Shown: positions 11,196 to 22,312 of the stretch, piece by piece
Layout: every line of letters begins with the position of its first letter
Position numbering within the stretch: position 1 is the first letter of the stretch
Source: Xylographa opegraphella
Taxonomy: Eukaryota
Reading direction: 5' to 3'
NCBI GenBank assembly: GCA_022813865.1
Contig: JALDZX010000011.1
Location: 434,001-498,000 of the forward strand
Length of the DNA: 64,000 nt
The notes under the pieces: generated by a model
Told to the model about the DNA's origin: nothing
Database searches by the model: none
Seen by the model: the letters and a program-made list of their open reading frames with translations, nothing else
Translations under genes and position numbers: made by a program

Positions 11196-14021
11196 TCACA
11201 TAATGATACATTCCCTCTCCGGTTTCCCCGACTTTTCCGACTTTTCCGACTTTTCCGTTTTTTCCGCCTTTTCAGTTTTGTCCGACTTGTGTTTTCCCTT
11301 GTGCAGATGATGCTGGCCGATGTATTTGCTCCGACTTCGGTCCTTGTTTTCCTTGTTGTCCTTTCTCGACTTCGGGGTGTCGATGATGGTATTAGGTGTC
11401 TTTATCGGGATGGCTTGGACCGGGAAATCGTCTCCGTTCTTGGGATCGATGACTGCGATTGTGACTTCCGCTTTGTCCTTGTCCTTCGTGAGCTTACCTG
11501 TCAGCCGCGTGAAGGACATGCTGAGCCGGCTTTTTTCTTCTCCATTCTGGCTCGGAGGACGGCTCTTTGAATTGGGCCGGCTTGACTTGGAAGGTCTTCG
11601 TGACACGACTAGAGAAGCGCTACCGGAAGTTGGTCCGTTGGCGATGTCCCACTGCTGACCTTCTTGCCGTGGACTGGCGAAGCTCGCATCCGTGAAGGCG
11701 ATACTAGATCTCCTCTCACTGGATAGGCTGGTCCGTGGATTCGCCTCATTGAGTGATAGTTCGGCCGCGCTGGTTTGTGCAGTTTCGAGGGAACCATCTA
11801 CGCAACTCATGCTTGCTGTACTGGAAATAGAGATGCCTCCAGTACCGGAATCGATGCCAGTCGATGCATAGGACGGTGGATTCTGACCGCCTTCGATATT
11901 ACCCGGATCGCCCTCGATTGGTTGAACTTGATAGAAGAGTAGATATGGAGATTCCTCTTTGAGCGCCTGGCCAATATCAACGTGTCGTATTCGTTCGTGT
12001 GCTAGATCATCGAAGAGCATCCATCGATCTTCGGCCATAATTAGATCAGAATGATCTTCGCCTGTAGCATTAGGTGCCTGTCCACGGACCAGGCTCACAT
12101 AGTGACCGGAGTCTACCCGCTCACCACGATGACAAACTACGGACTGGAGCGAGAGTTTGAAATTTCCGAAGGTGGTACCATTTTCGTCCGTCGTTTCATC
12201 GTGAATAAAATGTGGAAGTGCTATTTCCAGAGGAATATCAATGTATGTGCCTCTTCGTATGGCTTCTCCACTTTGGGTAAATAAGTATCGTTTCAAGCAG
12301 ATGCCTAAGATCGGACGTTTGGACGAGAAGTGAGCCGCCACTTGTGCGTCGCTATGCGGCAAAGTGTTCGTGTACCATGCTATCAGAAGATCAGTCAGAA
12401 CGTAGATATCTTAACCATCTGACATACGTATCAAACTGAAGAATTGCCAAGCAGGCATAAGAATTTCCTTCTTTATGCTCTGACCCCTGGGTCGTCCTGG
12501 TTGACCATTTACTTCAGCATCTGAAAGTGAGAGCTCTGAGAATTCGCCCTTTTCAGATGGGTAATATTCTTGAATAATACTGGGAGCACGATCACGTGTT
12601 GGGCGTGCTGGTGAGTACGCCGGCAATGGACTTTGCGGCATTGTTAATAAGGGTGTTGACGGCTGAGATTCATCTACCTCTACGGCCTCGATGTGCAGCG
12701 CTCGACCTTTGATTGAGTCAATCGACCATCGGGATCTCATCGAATTTGTCGTCAATCTTCTATCAAGGAGAAATCTTTTCACTTCAATACGGTTGTTAAA
12801 GTATGTCTCAAGGCACTCCTCAAGTGTGATGATCCTACCATCCGGTGGCTCTTCAGGGATTGCTACCTCTAACAGCCTTTCTCGTACAAATCTATGATCG
12901 TCGTTTGATTCTTCTTTGCCTTGATGAAAGATATCCACTTTAAGCGTCAACATCGGTAGCTCGAGCATCTCGGTTATGAACGAAAAAGCCTCCGAAGCGT
13001 CTTGTTGCTGTTTTTCAGCAGCCTCATGCCAGCCACACTTGGCCAATGCGTCTTGCAGCTGCTCTGTCTAGTCATTGAGATCAGCAAGGGAATTTCTCAA
13101 GAACTTCGAGGAGGTTGCGGGAATAAGAAAAATTTCGTGCGTTTTCAGCAAACGAACTTCTTGCTCAATCTTACATACAATATCGGTTGTGATCAACTTT
13201 CCTGTACGTAACACATTCACCCACAACCTAAGCAAGGTTGAGAGGCGCTTCCGCGGTTCGTCCTCAAATGTATTGTAGAGAATCGCTTCGAAACTCTCCA
13301 GTCTAGCAAAGATAGCGAATAGAGTCGCGTCCAAGTAACAAGTAGTCCCATGCCTGTTGACGGCTCCGAGAAGCTTGACATCTGGGTTGTAATCCTTGAC
13401 AATAAAATTCTCCGAATCCTCAAGCAACAGTAGCAGGTCCCAGGCCTTGCCCGCGTCTCTTTCGGCATATCTGGTGTTCAATACGTACTCGACGTCTGAG
13501 TCGCTGAAAGCTGAGATTCCGGAGCCAGCCAATCTTTGGCTGAGAGCTTTGATCTACGAGAATCAGTTTCTGCTTTGTAGATAATGAGGCTCTGTGGGCC
13601 ATACCGTATCTTGGTCCTGCTTCTCTCGGACATGGTCTTCGAAATCAGAGAATAGGCCCAAGAGATGACTTGATGTCTGTTGAGGCTGTAGGAGGAGACG
13701 ACCGCAGGCGTTAGCAGTTGTCGAATGTATAACGCCGTCAAGGGGATGCAGTCGTGGGGATCCTTTGCTTTTGGGGTTTGAAAACGCTACAGAGAGAGAC
13801 ACTAAGGAGCAAGAGGAAGAGAAAGAATGCTTATGAGAAGGGAAACGATTGGTAGATTTGCCTGAGTGTATATGAGAGGAAGAAGCGGAAGAGGATGTTG
13901 GTGTTGGGAAAGCTGCAGGCATTGAGGGCACAGGAGGTGAAATTACTTTCTCAATTATCTCTGGCTGAGGGTGTTTCCGATGCTTTTCCCGCCGAGTTAG
14001 AAACCTATTGATGCCACTCAT
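11196..14021 (-). CDS. Ubiquitin-specific protease (CYLD-like catalytic core) with C-terminal CaaX motif; about 5 exons
   Basis: Cys box NRHGTTCYLDATLFAIF, QQDASEAF, His box VVCHRGERVDSGHYVS and WMLFDD. Ends KPERECIIM*. GT-AG introns join ORF pieces at 14021, 13532, 13046 and 12362. Confidence 0.85.
11223..11286 (-). repeat. Coding 9-bp tandem repeat encoding (S/T/A)EK units in the USP tail
   Basis: Plus strand ttttccgac repeated about 6-7 times with variants; encodes KSDKTEKAEKTEKSEKSEKSGK. Confidence 0.8.
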
Positions 14022-15946
14022 GTTGTCGGGTTGCAGAAGAATGGCCGAACAGTGCTGTAGCGAGGACCTCGGTGGTAATCGCCTTGGAAGCGGCCTTCAT
14101 CGTGTTTGGGATTTCAATTGGAAACGCGTTCCGGTGTTCATATTGTTCAGCAAGGCCAATTTGTATCAGCACGAACGAGGGGTCGCTTGGGCAAGAACAA
14201 AGCGGTGTCAATGCAAGCAGAAAGAAGGACAATCGGACAGTGTAGTGTCACTTCCTGGGCCCGGAGCACGTAGTATCTATGGCGCGGCCTATCCTCGGTT
14301 CAACACCCCACGAGGCCGGCTATTTAGACGATCTAGGCTCTAGTTAGCGCGCCACACGGGCCTGGACCCCCCCACAATTACTGTAGTAGCTTCCTATTGT
14401 CATACCTTATACCTTAATCCAATACCTTACCTTAACAATCGCATTATTATCGCAACAAGAGACGAGCACGACCAAACTACCTATTTGCTTTCATCGGATT
14501 TCGTTCCTGTTCGAGGTCCGTACACAGAGATGTGAGCTATAACGAGCTTGCTGAGAATCTTGGAATGCCTTCACATGCCGACAATTTACGCTAGTGACTA
14601 CGGAAGTACGGTTGAGGCTTAAAGGCGTGATGGCTAACGTCGTAGAGTGTATATCTCGCACTGAAATCACTGACTGTTCAATCGGATCGAGACAGGATTT
14701 GCACAGAGAAGACACCGAGAGTATATTCATCACTGAGCCCTTTGATCCTTATTCCAGATCGCTTTGGCTGTACTCGGATTCGCTGTTAAGTTCGGCTGTG
14801 ATTCGTTCCCAAGACAAGAGGTATGTTCACACAGCGCAATACAGGTACGCTTGTGGCCAAGTCGACTTGAATATACGATTGCTATTTCCTGATTCCTGTT
14901 TGCTCCGCTCAGTAAGACCAATATGTGCCGAATTCTATGGGAAATGTCTACATACTATGCTAAAATCGTACTTAAGCATTGTTGACCATTCTCCCAGTAC
15001 TCAGAGTATACAGTGAGTCAATACTCGTAGTCCATACCCCTCCGGGACTCAATTTGAACCATTACACGCCTTCTGCCTACAGGATTGAGTCGGGCCCCGC
15101 TAGTGGGCTGCATTGGTAGTGCTGTGGAGCCGGAGTTTATGATGTTGTAGTCTTCGCCGCTAGCACGTGCTTGACAATGGGATGATACATCTTGACGTTA
15201 TGTGGAGGTGAAGAAGCCATAAAGTTATGTGGAATTCGAGTGGCCTAGAAGCTCAGGTTTCATCAGGAGTCTCATGATACCGTAGGTTTCCCTAAAGCTC
15301 TGAATTGGCTTGCAGAAGGATCGAAACTTTCTCGTTGCAGTGGCACAGCCTTGACGTGAACTTTCGTTTTTTGTTGCGCAGCGCGATCCTTCCACAGTAG
15401 AATGAAGGATGAAGGATGAAACCCTGCAATCTTCACGGGACTACCTCCATCGGTTGCTGTGCCCTTTCGGCAGGCGAGAAGGGGCTGAAAACCACTCCGT
15501 GATTTCTGAACTAACAGCGTAAAGCTTCCATATTCCTTCAACGCAAGCTGAAATAATACCCTGAAAAGGAGATCAACAGCTAGCTGTGCTGATGGCAATA
15601 CAGCCGCGCGATCCTCGCCTTTCTTTCTGCACCTCACATGTCGATGCTGCTCTCGCTGATAAAAACCATCTTGCATTTTGTAACATTCAATACACGAAGA
15701 CAACCTGAGCCCCCGAAATTGGCTGATTGTTTGCGCCCGAGCTTATCTTGTAGAAGAAGGTCTTCAGTCTACGATACTGTCACTGGGGCATCACTGCTGG
15801 CTACTATCAGGATCTACTTGACAACTTCCTGTGAAAATTGCCCACCTCTATGTAGAGCCTTCATTTCCTCAATCATATGTCAAGCTCCACCGCTTTTTTG
15901 CAAAGTCATTCTGTTTCAGATCGCAGAATCCAGATTGTATAAGCCT

Positions 15947-16461
15947 ATGATGTCCTCGGTAGAGCGTATCGAGAACTACAAACCATGGGGCCTGCACCCA
16001 GTTCACCTCGGCGACACCTTCGACCCACGGTATCGCGTATGCCGGAAGCTAGGTTGAGGCTCATGGTCCACCGTCTGGCTTGCCAGAGATCTATCGTCCG
16101 TGGACGTCATTTGATTCAGAGTTCTTAGTACTAAACGACCTCCATCGGACCAGCCATCCAGCTCGTCGCCTGCAAAGACAACCAATCCTTCACATCCACC
16201 TCCCCGGCCTACCTCGTCGAACCCACCCCTCTTCCCTCCCATATCGCCTTCAGCACCCTCTTCCGCATCGTGCTCATCGACCTCGGCGCCGTAAGCCCTA
16301 CCACCCTCGCCAACAACGGCCGCCAAATCACACCCCTTGGTCTGCGCTTTCCGCAAGTAATCCTGTACCAGCCCCTGGACGAGAAAGCCGACTTCTGGAC
16401 CCTTGGCCTGACCATCCACCGGCTAGTTACGCGGCGCAGGCGGTGGAGTGTGCAGGTGTAG
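15947..16461 (+). pseudogene. SRPK/Sky1-like protein kinase remnant
   Basis: ERIENYKPWGLHPVHLGDTFDPRYRVCRKLG*GSWSTVWLARD has an in-frame TGA at 16055-16057 in the Gly-rich loop. A later piece RIVLIDLGA...LRFPQVILYQPLDEKADFWTLGLTIHRLVT resembles subdomains VII-IX. Subdomains II-VI (VAxK, HxDLK) are not present. Confidence 0.8.
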
Positions 16462-18848
16462 TGGGGATGGGTCATCGGGAGGAAGAGGCGTTTGGGGGGG
16501 TTCGTGGAGAGGGCGTTGGCGTGGGAGCTGGAGGGGAGGGCTGGAGCTTGAGAGTTTTTGAGGCATCCGTGGCTAGAGGGGCAGGGGAGGTGATGGGATG
16601 TTGTTTGGGTGGAGGAGAATTAGCCGAATGCGGTCTGGACGGGGCGTGTGTGCTCGGTATGGGCTTGCGATGGTGCAGTCGAGACTGCTTGTAGGAGTGT
16701 TTTGGTGCGGTTTCGGCGACGTGTGATTAAAGTATTAATCCGGTACAGGCTATAAACAAGCGCTGAAGCTCTCAAAGTGCGTATAGCTTCAGCATACACA
16801 ATACTCATCTGGAGGTCTTGAGGCATGACGACATCAGCGAACCTGTCATTGAGCTTGCTTCTTTGCCTCAATGAGAGAAATTCACGTCTTCAGGTTTCGC
16901 ACGGTAGGATATTCCGGAAAGTATGATTCGCTTCACAGAGCCTTAGGCAGAACCGCCAGTATTGACGCATGTGTACTAGACCTTAGATTTAACGAATCGA
17001 TTTCTGATGATCCTTCTGACTCTTATCATGCGATTCAAAAGAGTTTGCCCTTAGTACTTGTGATAAACCTAAAGCGCATGCTTCCCACAATACTGGTTGG
17101 CCTTTAAGGCGATACCCCATGGTACTCGGCAGGTTTTCACCGCTGCGGCTCAAGAGTCTGCAAGAGAGGGTGTCTGGGAGTTTGTAAAGGTCGCTCTGCT
17201 GGATGTTAGCAAGGTTGAGATAGCAGTTTCTAAGTTAGCAAGATCTATCATAGCTCAGAAATGTTGGCTAGATGGCCGGATTTAAAGGACAGAGTGAAGC
17301 AGAGGGGACATGCTCATACAAGGAGTATCGCCAGAAGCCAATCGCAGTGTACCACAGTGAACCGCGCAGGGCACACTATCTTTGGACGCGATATCTAAGA
17401 TGCTGTAATGTTGAACACCCCGATCGCATTTCCGCGTAATTCGTAGCCCGAGCTCACCACCGCCCTCCATGACTGTCAAGATTTGGCATTGGAGACGAGG
17501 CATTCGAAGTTGAGCAATGATAGTCTTGGTATGAATCAAGAAGATGCAGCAGTCAAGGAGACATTGTCCATGTTAGTCTGGGTAGCAATCACGACGAAAT
17601 GAACGCAAGCCTTCCGAATTCAAACCACATAAGTCGTTGTAGCCGTAGGTCTAGAACCTACGATTACAGAACAGCAAGGATGATATTTAGCCGAGTACTG
17701 TTCGACTAGGCCGCAGCTGTTGGGTAACATCGCCAGTTATGGATGCACGAGATAACATCTGTGTTTCGGCCAGGCGTCGTTCGTTGAAGCGGTCGGTAGA
17801 AGGCTTCCTTTTCCAGAACTCCCGAGCACAGTATCAGATATAGTGCAGGAGACGGTTTTGCCCACACTGCCCTCGTTGCTCTCGTTATTCTATAACCCCT
17901 TGCCTCTACTACCTCGGTTGCTTTTCAATTCTCGTTGCCTCCGTTCCCTTATACTCCGCTGTGTTGCTATATTCTCCCATTCTTCTACTGCTTCAGTGCG
18001 ATTATCAATTTCACTGCGACTATTTTTGAATGGCTGCTGCGTACCTTATTGCAATTATTATTGCAATTTTGGCCCGGTGGACGAACTATGTGGTCCGTGC
18101 GTGCGCTACTTACCAACCATGGCATTAGCTCCGGATTTAGGCTCATCCTCTCGTACGGGATGCTGAAGAACAACAAGTGTACTACCCTGTGGGAATTCAT
18201 GTAGTCAGACACCACCACAGAACGACTTGATGAGCAAAGCTTCATTCCCAAGGGCAGTTCCATGGAGGAGGTGCCTGGGAAATAGCCTGGAAGCCCGCCC
18301 AATCACGGCTCATGTCTTGGCGAACCTCTGTTGGTAATCGGTATTGGATGCATGGTGAATCTCAGCTATGCAACCCCGATCACCCCGACCACCCTATTGG
18401 GTCTGATCCCCGAAGGATGAGGAGTTCTGTTGCGCTTCACACCAACTCTGCAAACCCTGCGAGTCGAGAATCGTGATTACCTTGGTTTGAAAAATGCCAC
18501 CCCAGAATAAAAAGATTCTAGGCCAAACCTAGGTCGTATGCACCTCTTATTCACCATATTAGAAAGCGTATTGGAGGCGCGAATATCAGTCATCGGGGCG
18601 TGTTGAAGGCGCAAAGATCAGTCAATAGGTATATAGAGAACAGCCTCTGCATGCAGATTCCAGTATCAGTATTCCACATTTCATCTTTTCAACACATCCA
18701 GCATTCATACTCATACTCAAGTTATTCAAGTCTGGTCACTTGAACTTCCTACAGTCCTATCTTTACTGCTCCCTGCCAAAGTCAACCCCCTTGCTGCTTT
18801 CTCTACGTTACAACCTGATCCGCAACCCTTCACAATCATACATACGAT

Positions 18849-19256
18849 ATGCAGTTCTCCAAAGCAATCATCCTTTCCTTCCTCTCGATCGTGGCTGTCT
18901 CTGCATACCCTGGGCAATACGATGACACCTCCCTTTATGCACGTGGTGCTTTACCAGAGGCAGCATACTACGATTACGAGGGCGCCATCGCACGCAGAGA
19001 AGCAAAGAACAAGTTTGAGAAAGCTTTACATAAGTTCGGGCATGAGGTGATGGAACACAAGGACGGCATCGAGACTGGCATCTGTACCGTGGGAGCTTTC
19101 GTACCGGGTGCCGACGTTGCCATCGACGCCGCGTGTTTGGGGGTTGCAGGTGCACAAGCTGCCGCGGCAGCCTACCATAAGTTGCACCACAAGAGGGATG
19201 ACGTGTACGCAAGGGCAGCTTTCGTTCAAGGTTTGAAGGACTTGGATCTCCTATGA
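18849..19256 (+). CDS. Small secreted Kex2-processed peptide precursor (135 aa)
   Basis: Signal peptide MQFSKAIILSFLSIVAVSA, acidic pro-region with LYAR, RR-EA site, 62-aa core with two Cys, then KR and a second VYAR. TATA-like tatataga lies near 18630 and is followed by a CT-rich leader. Confidence 0.85.
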   Translation: MQFSKAIILSFLSIVAVSAYPGQYDDTSLYARGALPEAAYYDYEGAIARREAKNKFEKALHKFGHEVMEHKDGIETGICTVGAFVPGADVAIDAACLGVAGAQAAAAAYHKLHHKRDDVYARAAFVQGLKDLDLL

Positions 19257-19304
19257 GGGACGATGGAATGGTTATTAGCGCCATTGGGGTGCGTGAAAGT
19301 CGCC

Positions 19305-19360
19305 TTTGTACGTATCGTTTTGTGCGTATCGTTTTGTACGTATAGTTTTGTACGTATAGT
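19305..19360 (+). repeat. 14-bp tandem repeat x4 (TTTTGTACGTAT[C/A]G) just downstream of the secreted peptide gene
   Basis: tttgtacgtatcg ttttgtgcgtatcg ttttgtacgtatag ttttgtacgtatagt. Confidence 0.85.
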
Positions 19361-19569
19361 CTGCAACATCGTCAATCGTTCTGCACACGGTCAGACAGTG
19401 GAAATGTGACCCAGCGGATGCGATCTACAAGTACATAGCATCTTAGCCAAAGGTTATTGAAAGTATTGTCTCGTCTCGAATCTCAGGAGCATGGATACAC
19501 GCTAAACAAAGGTATCGAAGTACTTGTCATGCGATCGTTTATCGTCCTTACCTCAACCCGAATCGTTTT

Positions 19570-19799
19570 CCAATCGGTAAACCCTCTGTCGCATCTACAC
19601 TCAAATGCATGATTGACTCGATAATCGTCCCCTATGGTCTTGCTATTCAAACAGCCAATAAAACGATGCTTATCTTCGGCACTAGTCCCCTATGGTGCTG
19701 GCGCCCGCCGGCAAATCGCCCCGTACTACTGTGTAGGACCTACCGCTGGGACCTCTCGCATCCGAAGGCCAATGATGATCATATCATAAATACCCCAAT
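19570..19799 (+). promoter_or_regulatory. Four CCAAT boxes upstream of HEM1
   Basis: CCAAT at 19570, 19655, 19769 and 19795, all within about 320 bp of the ATG. Confidence 0.4.
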
Positions 19800-19884
19800 A
19801 TTATTCCAGCCGCTCTTGCTCTTTCCTTCAACGTCCCACCACCTGGATCTTGGAGAAGTAAGAACCCTAGCACTTGGATCAATC

Positions 19885-21802
19885 ATGGAAGCTCTACTCC
19901 GCCAATCGAGATCAATGTGTCCGTTCCTCCAGAAAACTTCGCCCGCCACTTTGCGCACATTGTCGACAACCACTCGCCATGCTTCCCCAGGCGGTGGGAC
20001 TATGTCCAACTTACAGGTCCTTGGACGTCGCTGCCCAGTGATGGGAAAGGCATTGGCTGTTCAAAGCGCGAAGACTGGCTGTTCTGGTCTTGGTGGCGTG
20101 TTCGGTGGTACCAAGGGTTACAAGTCAAAGGCCAGCCTTCACACAACAAGAGCATCGTTGGCCACAGTCAATCCCAGCGTCTTCGAACGTCAGGCCGACG
20201 GTAGGTTGAGACTGAGTACCATCGATCGTTTATGTGCACTAATCAGATTTCGCAGCCCCATTGCAACATATGGGAAAGCCGACGCCTCCCAAGATGGATG
20301 AAACGAGCAGCCCAGGCCCCAAACCTGCACCTCCCGCAGCAGCAAAATTCGACTATGAAGGCTTCTATAACGCTGAACTTGACAAAAAGCACAAGGACAA
20401 GTCATACCGATACTTCAACAACATCAATCGCCTCGCCCAAGAGTTCCCCCGAGCACATATGGCTACTCAGGAAGAAAAGGTTACCGTATGGTGTTCCAAT
20501 GATTATCTCGGTATGGGCCGTAACCCTGAAGTTCTGGAGACCATGCACGAGACACTCGACAAATACGGTGCGGGCGCCGGTGGCACTCGCAATATTTCAG
20601 GACACAACCAACATGCTGTGGCACTCGAGCGCACTCTTGCTAAACTTCACGCACAGGAGGCAGCCTTAGTATTTTCATCCTGCTATGTTGCAAATGATGC
20701 GACGCTTGCTACTCTGGGTAGTAAACTTCCCAATTGTGTGATCCTCTCCGACAGTATGAACCACGCTTCCATGATTCAGGGCATCCGGCACTCTGGTGCT
20801 AAGAAAATGGTATTCAAGCATAATGATCTCGTCGATTTGGAAGCCAAGCTTGCGTCTTTGCCAGCCGATGTCCCCAAGGTTATTGCTTTCGAATCTGTTT
20901 ATAGCATGTGCGGCTCTGTGGGCCCAATCGCAGAGATATGTGACTTGGCTGATAGATATGGCGCTATCACCTTTCTCGACGAGGTCCATTCTGTTGGTAT
21001 GTATGGACCACATGGTGCAGGCGTTGCCGAGCATCTGGACTTTGAGGCCCATGCTGCTGGTCGACCCAGCGGGACAATTATGGAGCGTATTGACATCATC
21101 ACCGGAACTCTGGGCAAGGCTTATGGCTGTGTTGGCGGTTACATTGCCGGGTCGGCAAAAATGGTTGATACCGTTCGCTCATTGGCCCCAGGCTTCATTT
21201 TTACGACATCACTTCCACCAGCCACCATGGCTGGCGCAAAAGCTGCAATTGAGTATCAAATGCGCTTCCAGGGCGATCGAACCTTACAGCAGCTGCATAC
21301 CCGGGCTGTTAAGGAGGATTTGGTAGCAAAAGACATACCTGTTATGCCCAACCCGTCACACATTGTTCCTGTACTCGTAGGGAACGCGGAACTTGCCAGA
21401 AAGGCAAGCGACATGCTGCTTGCAGACCATGGTATCTACGTCCAAGCAATCAATTACCCTACAGTGCCAGTTGGTGAAGAAAGGCTTCGTATTACGCCTA
21501 CACCTGGACACACGGCGGAATTTAGAGAGGAGTTGGTCAACGCGCTTGACAGTGTTTGGCAGTCGCTCGGTCTCAAGCGAACCAGTGACTGGGCCCGGCA
21601 AGGCGGCTTCGTTGGAGTAGGCATTAAGGACCCCGAGTATATCCAGCCTCTCTGGACAGATGAGCTCATGGGACTGAAGCGTGTGGCAGAAGAACGTGCC
21701 TACAACTTAGAGCAAGCGGGGCCGATGGGCGTGATGGAGGATTTGGAGCAGGAGAGAGAGCAGCGCCATGCCCTTCCACAGATGGTGGCTGCAGCCGCTT
21801 GA
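19885..21802 (+). CDS. HEM1: 5-aminolevulinate synthase, mitochondrial
   Basis: Exons 19885-20200 and 20256-21802. Presequence with heme-regulatory CP motifs (MCPFL, RCPVM); [32 protein letters not shown] lysine in GTLGKAYG and QAINYPTV. Confidence 0.97.
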
Positions 21803-22312
21803 TAGCGACTTTTGAAAAATCCTCCCTTGTTTCCACGAAGTCATTCGATGAATTACTTTGAAAATGGCTTTCATTTGGTTTGTGATACTTATTAGCTATA
21901 TACCGTCTTTTCAATCATGAAGCTCAGCGCTCTATAGATAGCAGAAATCTATATTGCCGTACCATTCTCATTCGTACAACGCAAGGGTGAGGGCGCCAAA
22001 CCTTTGACTGAGCCCTACCTAACCACATGACCGACTAGAAGACTGGAAGTCGTGCGTGGACGAAAGTTCCCTGAAACTGCGCGTGAATGAAGTGCTCTAC
22101 TCGTCGTATTTCCTACATACCTTAGTGATCTTGGCACGTAGGTAGGACTTTTCGTTCTTCGCCAAGGTCCAACCCATTTAAGATATCTAGGACAGAGGAT
22201 AAGATAAGTATCTAGGGTTTCTCGGCTAAACCCGGGAACTTTGAGGACTTTCTGTCGGTCCGCAACAAGCTATTCTCTCGACCAAACCAGACAAAGCTGT
22301 ACAACTACAATC

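Noticed and set aside
14594..15703. ORFs 14594-15016 (+) and 15272-15703 (-) and scattered splice-like signals
   Set aside because: No recognisable motifs and no consistent exon chain; treated as chance ORFs.
19609..19884. Upstream in-frame ATG extending HEM1
   Set aside because: The typical presequence start [15 protein letters not shown] is at 19885, and the extension overlaps the CCAAT promoter region.
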